From Octopus sinensis (Eukaryota): DNA of 58,030 nt. Of this stretch, positions 52,665 to 58,030 are shown piece after piece (within the stretch, counting starts at the first letter, position 1; each line of letters starts with the position of its first letter). Where the stretch lies: contig NW_021833684.1 in the NCBI RefSeq assembly GCF_006345805.1, positions 1 through 58,030 on the forward strand, written 5' to 3'. The position numbers were made by a program, and so were the translations under genes. The notes beneath the pieces were generated by a model. It searched no databases. It was not told the origin of the DNA and saw only the letters and a list, made by a program, of their open reading frames with translations.

Positions 52665-53271
52665 ACCTGTTGGTGGAACAGTGACATCGCAGCTTTGATC
52701 GAACAAACTTAATGATTGATCGGTGATCTTGCAACCATGATCGAGTTTACACGACTGATCGATGACACTCGCGCTATGATCGAACACACCAAGCGATTTC
52801 TTGAAAATACGTTTTTGCCCCAAACAAGGTCTGGGGCCACAGAAGCGAAAAGGATTATTTTTTAAAAAATGGAAAAGTAAGGGACTACAAATTAAAAAAG
52901 ATGTCGATTGACAGAACAATTAAAGAATTAAATTATCGTAGACGAAAGGAAAACAAGATGAAGGCAGTGAGTTCCGGAGAGCAATTCGAGGAAAGAAGCT
53001 GTTGGGATTAAAGACATACGACTGAGGGGGGAACTCAACAGAGAAACGACGATGCACCTGGAAAGAGAAGCAGGTGAGAGGTGTAAAGAGAGGGATCCAC
53101 GGGATTGCTTCTCTGATCAAATTAATCAATCGGTCGATTAGTGAAATTTCAGCTGTGATCGAACAGACCTATTGGCACGGTATATCTAGGATCCACACAC
53201 GTGAGGCGCACCGCAACAAAGCTGCCGCTACGTCACAGCTCTCCCTGCTGGACAGAGTAATCTCTCTCTTA

Positions 53272-53323
<52 letters not shown>

Positions 53324-53395
53324 CCGCCGAAGTCTTAAGGAGCAAAGGATATTAGAGCATTAAATGATTTAATTACGTCTGGCCGTTTGCGTTTA

Positions 53396-53432
<37 letters not shown>

Positions 53433-53439
53433 TGTGTAA

Positions 53440-54012
53440 CGTAAGTGGCATGGCAAAAGAGACCATTAGACTAAGTACCAGATTTTAAAAAATAAGTACA
53501 GGGGTCAATTGGGTCAACTAAAACCCTTCAAGGTGGTGCCCCAGCATGGCCGCAGCATGGTTGCGTCAACCTCCTTTTCCTAGATTTTCCGCATATTTTT
53601 GATGAATTTTAATTTCCAGACGTTTAAAAACAAAAATCTTTTGACTTTTACTTGTTTCAGTCATTGGACCGCGGCCATGCTGGGGCACTGCTTCGAACAA
53701 GTCGACTTCCAGGACTAATTCTTTAATCTTGGCACTTGCTCTGAATATATCTCTTTTGTCGAACCGTTAAGTTATGGAGACGTAAACAAACCAGTGAAGC
53801 GGTGGAGACTCAAACACAAACACACACACACACATCATATATATATATATATATATTCCGAGCTTCCACACAGTTTCCGTTTACCAAATTATTCACTCAC
53901 AAGGCATTGGTCGACCCTGGAGTTAAAGTAGAAAGGCACTTGCCTAATGTGCCGTGCCATGAGACTAAAACCAAAATCACTGGTCGCAAAGTGAGCTCCT
54001 TAACCACGCAGT
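53440..54012. mobile_element. Tail-to-tail SINE family B fragments (plus 53440-53555; minus 53645-54012)
   Basis: ccccagcatggccgc and gcggccatgctgggg in opposite orientation about 120 nt apart. Confidence 0.65.
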
Positions 54013-54189
54013 CACGTGGTTTTTCTTTTTTCTTTCTTTCTTTGTTTTTTTTTTTGGTGGGGGATGGGTGCATTAGAATAATTTTCGACTCTTTTCTCCA
54101 GGAACCTCAAAAGTGTTCTTAACCCTTTACCCGTCTTGTATACCATACGTGTAAAAAAGCTCCTTATTCGGGTCATATAAATTCATGAG

Positions 54190-54380
54190 AGCCACTTTCC
54201 CGGGTTTTGTGGGGTATGTACTCCTCCCCTGGATAGAACGCCAGTCCATCGCAGAGTAACTCATTTTTACCAGCTGAGTGAACTGAAGCAATGTGAAAAG
54301 AAGTTGCCCGACCCAGAAATCGAAACCAGAATCTCCCGATCATGAGTCCAGCACCCCTAACCACCAAACCACCCGCCTCC
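54190..54380 (-). mobile_element. SINE family C head
   Basis: Minus strand ggaggcgggtggtttggtggttaggggtgctggactcatgatc..gtttcgatttctggg. Confidence 0.65.
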
Positions 54381-54757
54381 ATACGTTACACAGCACCTAT
54401 TTCCCTGGCATCCGGGCCTCGTCTGTGTTACACATTCTTATTGTTTTCCTCAACCACCGGAGTAACTTTCCACTTAGGAAAGGAAAGCTTTATGTCACTC
54501 AGAACGTATGAAAAAGGGGCCAATTAAAAGTGTTTGAAGAGAAGCATGGGCAATTAGGGCCAAACACAGGCAATACTCCTTCGGTATTAGTATACGGCGT
54601 CAGTTACCGTCTTTTTCAGCCTGGCATGTGTGGGCGAATGACGTCGTCTACTAATACCGAAAGATTGTCAAAACTTGCGAAAATGCTTTGGACAGACAAA
54701 GGATTAAGTGTAACAAAAACAAAATAGATAAAATAAATGAGGAAATGACTTACTTAC

Positions 54758-55251
54758 CCGGCAGGTGAGCCATCATTACAGGTAACTGTACGGTTGGTGA
54801 TGAAGTTTCGTCTCAGCGCAGGTACTTCCCTCACACCGCATTTGTGGATCGAGTTGGCTATCTCTTTCAGCATGGACAGCAGTTTGTCCTTGTCACCGAG
54901 TTCAGCCAGTTTGTCCAAATCTAACATAATGTCATTACCACCACCGCCTCCACCTCCTCCACCACCTCCTCGGCCACCACGACCACCCCCACCACCACCG
55001 CCGCCGCCGCTATTTTTACTCTCGTTCCCAGTGTTCGATCCTCTGCCGCCGCCGTTCGAACGAGTTCTCTGCTGGCCGGTGTCACCTGTAGACGTTACTA
55101 TGGTAACCAGCAGACACAGTACCACCGCTGTCACCACACACAGCAGATAGGGTCCACCCGGGCTGATACCGACACCGCTACTGCCACTGACTCCAGGGCC
55201 GCCAGGGGCCGCACAACGGTAGCACCGTCCTATACTAAACGATACCTTCAT
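54758..55251 (-). CDS. Notum: Notum coding exon 1 (ATG, hydrophobic signal/anchor segment, Gly-rich linker, start of catalytic domain)
   Basis: Translates MKVSF...LLCVVTAVVLCLLVTIVTS...LRRNFITNRTVTCNDGSPAG; TCNDGSPAG is the Notum/pectinacetylesterase N-terminal motif. Ends GCC GG|gtaagt (phase 2). ATG context aagacgATG. Confidence 0.93.
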
Positions 55252-55611
55252 CGTCTTTCTACTTTTTTTCTTTTTTCTTTTTCTTCTTTTCCCGATGGAC
55301 AGTGGTCAGACATACAAAATGATGGACGGGTAGATAACGGGTGAGTGACAAGCCAGTCGATTATCTTTACATGTGAGAACCGCGCGTGGATCGCGATAAA
55401 AGTAACATAACGTTACGTATATATATGTATATACATAATATATGTCTGCTTGTCTGTCTGTATGTATGTATGTATGTGTGTATGTGTGTGTGAATAAAAC
55501 TTGTGTTGTGGTTACCTGTATGAATGAATGTAGATACACGTGTATGTGTTGTGAAATTTATATAGTGATATGCGCACGTGATGTCCGTATGTATACACAC
55601 CCGCGTGTGCG

Positions 55612-55724
<113 letters not shown>

Positions 55725-57039
55725 CAACGTGCGTGTGTATATATGTATGTGTTTATCATAGTTAGTGATGTGTGCGTGCATTTATGTGGGATTTCCGTGA
55801 ACATCTTTCTCTGTGTAATTTTGTGAATGTTTGTGAATGCGGCGATGCGTGCGTCAGTATCCATTGCCAAGTTGTGTGAGACAGAAGTTGACATAGGGAA
55901 AGCGAAGGAAAGAAAGGGAGAGACAGAGAGGACGAAAGAAAGAAGGAAAGGAGGAAAGAAAGAGATTTAGGGAGGGAAAGACTGATGCATAAATATATAT
56001 ATATGTATATATATGAGTTACTATGTGTCTATAGAGGTTTCTTTTAACACCTCTGCCATCATCATCATAACTATTAACGTCTCTGTCCTTCCACGAAAGT
56101 CAAACATTTCTTCACTGCCTGTTGCCACTATTAACTCTTTGCCTCTGTATATGTATCTATACATATACGAATATATACATATGTGGGAGAGAGAGACAGA
56201 GAGACAGAGAGACAGAGAGAGACGGGACGTATTTGCGTGTGTGTGTGTGTGTCTTTCACATGGGTTGTGTTCAGCAATGACACGTCCTTATCGCTTTCAT
56301 CTCCACTGGGACACCTCACTACTGGAGCTGTGGGGCGGAGAGAGAGGTGATATTATTTATATACTTCAGGTAGTTATTTCGCAGAGCTGTTGCTTGCTGT
56401 GGTATTGTTGTTGTTGTTGTTATGCTAGTTGTTGTAGCTGCTGTTTTGCTACAGACGACGATTGACGGACGGACGGACGGACCCGCGCGAACCAGCCTTG
56501 TGTTGCGTTGTGGTGTCTGTGTTTAAATCGGGGCGTGGGTTGCGATGTGAATGGGGGGGGGAGATGAAATATTTCAGGAAGTTAGTTCACGTCTGCCTTC
56601 TGCTGTTGTTGTTGTTACTGGTGTTGCAATTGCTGTTGCTGTTGTTGTTGTTGTTAGTGGTGGTGGTGGTGTCACAACGTTCGATAAATTTCGACGACGG
56701 ACCGCCCGAGACACTTGTAAACGACAAACGGTTTTGACTGAGGGACTGCTGTGGGGCGGACAGACGATTGGACGGTCGGACGGACGGACGGGCGGACGGG
56801 CGGTGGGACGGAGCAGCACGTACAAATCTTTATGTTTGGGTTTGTGTCGGGTGCATTTGTGAAGATGGCACGTTTGGATAACAACAACAACAAAAACAAA
56901 AAAAACAACTTCAATACAATGTATGTGAGTGAGTGAGGGAGGAGGAGTATTGTTGGAGGGCGGTGCAAGGGTTAGGAGGTGCTTGAATGGAAAAGCAAAA
57001 AAGGAGGGATTTTCTGGGGTTTTTCTTTTGTGGTTGCTA

Positions 57040-57540
57040 TTGTTATTGTTTAACCCCAGGCTCGATCAGATATAGGATCAAAGATGTTCCATCAATGACC
57101 ATCCTGTCTTTTTTCATGCATTATCCAATGTCTTGTTTTTCTTATTATTTTCAGACAGTTAAAGTGTGAGATATGAGAGAGATTTGACTGCTGTTTTTAG
57201 CAAGTTGAGTGACCCTATAGAAAGCTCGTCATTGGCTCGTGTTCGTGTATGTGTGTATGCATGTATGTGTGTGTGTGTGTGTGCATGTATTTATGTACGT
57301 ACTTGTATGAGTGTGTATTATATGTTTAGGGACGAGTCAACTCTGGGCAGATTTAAAGGGCTAAAAGCAATCCAGTCATGACCATCACATTTTTTTTCTT
57401 ATACGTAGTGAAACCAGCGCAACATTATGTCCATCCAACGTGTTCTTCTGTTTCAAGACGATGGAGTTGTGACTGTAGAGGAATTTGGTTGCTATTTCTA
57501 GCAAGGCAAGCGACCAACTTGTGCGCTTCTTCGTTAAATT
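57040..57540. mobile_element. Two copies of an old dispersed repeat carrying the (gc)tagaaatagcagccaaat motif
   Basis: The motif recurs at ~1988, 9605, 13505, 17457, 37390, 44996, 50287, 57181 and 57485. Confidence 0.5.
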
Positions 57541-58030
57541 CGTGTGTGACAGTGTCGTTGTTGTTGTTGTTGTTGTTACCTGGGCTAAAGGTGCAGCGAG
57601 AAAAATAGCCGAGTGTGATGCAAGCGAACGATAAGAAACGACTGGTTGAAGACGAGGAACAGAGGAGGAGAAAGGAGGAAGGAAGGTGACGGGGTGTTAG
57701 AGGGGGTGAGCGAATAAAAGCTAAAGGTGGTTTGGTGATGGTAGGGGGGAGAGGGGGTGGAAAAAAGGGCGGAGGGGGCAGTAAGGAGAATAAGGGGGGA
57801 GAACGAATGAATGAAGTAATAAATAAATAAATAAATAAATTTCACATTAGAATTAGAATTCGGGGGTGGTGGGGGGGGCGAGAGTGGGGAGATGGAAGAG
57901 ATGAAGTGGAAAATTGGTGAGAGGGGGAGAGGGGAAGGGGGAAGGGAGGGAAGGGGGGAAGGGAAGGGAAGGAAATGATTGGAGAAAATAAAATTTCGGA
58001 AAAGAGAGAAAATAGTAAACACACGCACAC

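Noticed and set aside
52696-52790. CRISPR-like repeat array
   Set aside because: Only a 6-nt conserved core with 18-21 nt period, eukaryotic intron context and no cas genes.
52398-52919. 173-aa ORF with xDQS/xDHS heptads
   Set aside because: Non-ATG start and no recognisable domain; the heptads reflect the 21-bp DNA periodicity reported as a finding.
52920-53075. Strong-looking acceptor (ttctctttccag|GTGCATC) as an alternative Notum exon
   Set aside because: In the exon 1 phase it reaches a stop after about 45 codons with no similarity to anything I recognise; needs transcript evidence.
54794-55150. Antisense Pro-rich ORF
   Set aside because: Shadow of the Gly-rich Notum exon 1.

Overview
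Eukaryotic, AT-rich and microsatellite/SINE-dense genomic DNA. The repeat landscape resembles an octopus/coleoid cephalopod genome, which is an inference from repeat style only. The window holds one protein-coding gene on the minus strand: Notum, the Wnt palmitoleoyl-protein carboxylesterase. I reconstructed 11 coding exons by hand (55251 down to 425, 1508 nt, about 502 codons). All have GT-AG boundaries and consistent phases, and the Ser (GSSAG), Asp (MFDVAQ) and His (MSHIM) triad is intact. The 3' end of the gene lies beyond the left edge of the window. The introns contain at least three tRNA-derived SINE families, L1/Tx1, RTE and mariner remnants, hAT MITEs, foldback elements, an (AAT)n-embedded ~555 bp repeat and a 1.24 kb tandem duplication. 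Most notable observations: (i) the genome encodes Asp in place of the conserved Gly in the oxyanion loop (FLEDGWYC vs FLEGGWYC), one A-to-G change from consensus and so a candidate restorative A-to-I edit; (ii) minimal hammerhead ribozyme motifs, mostly on the pre-mRNA strand; (iii) paired TCF HMG/Helper-like sites in introns; (iv) a sense LINE 3' end with AATAAA right behind the exon 9 donor. Nearly all other ORFs in the supplied track are microsatellite or SINE artefacts.
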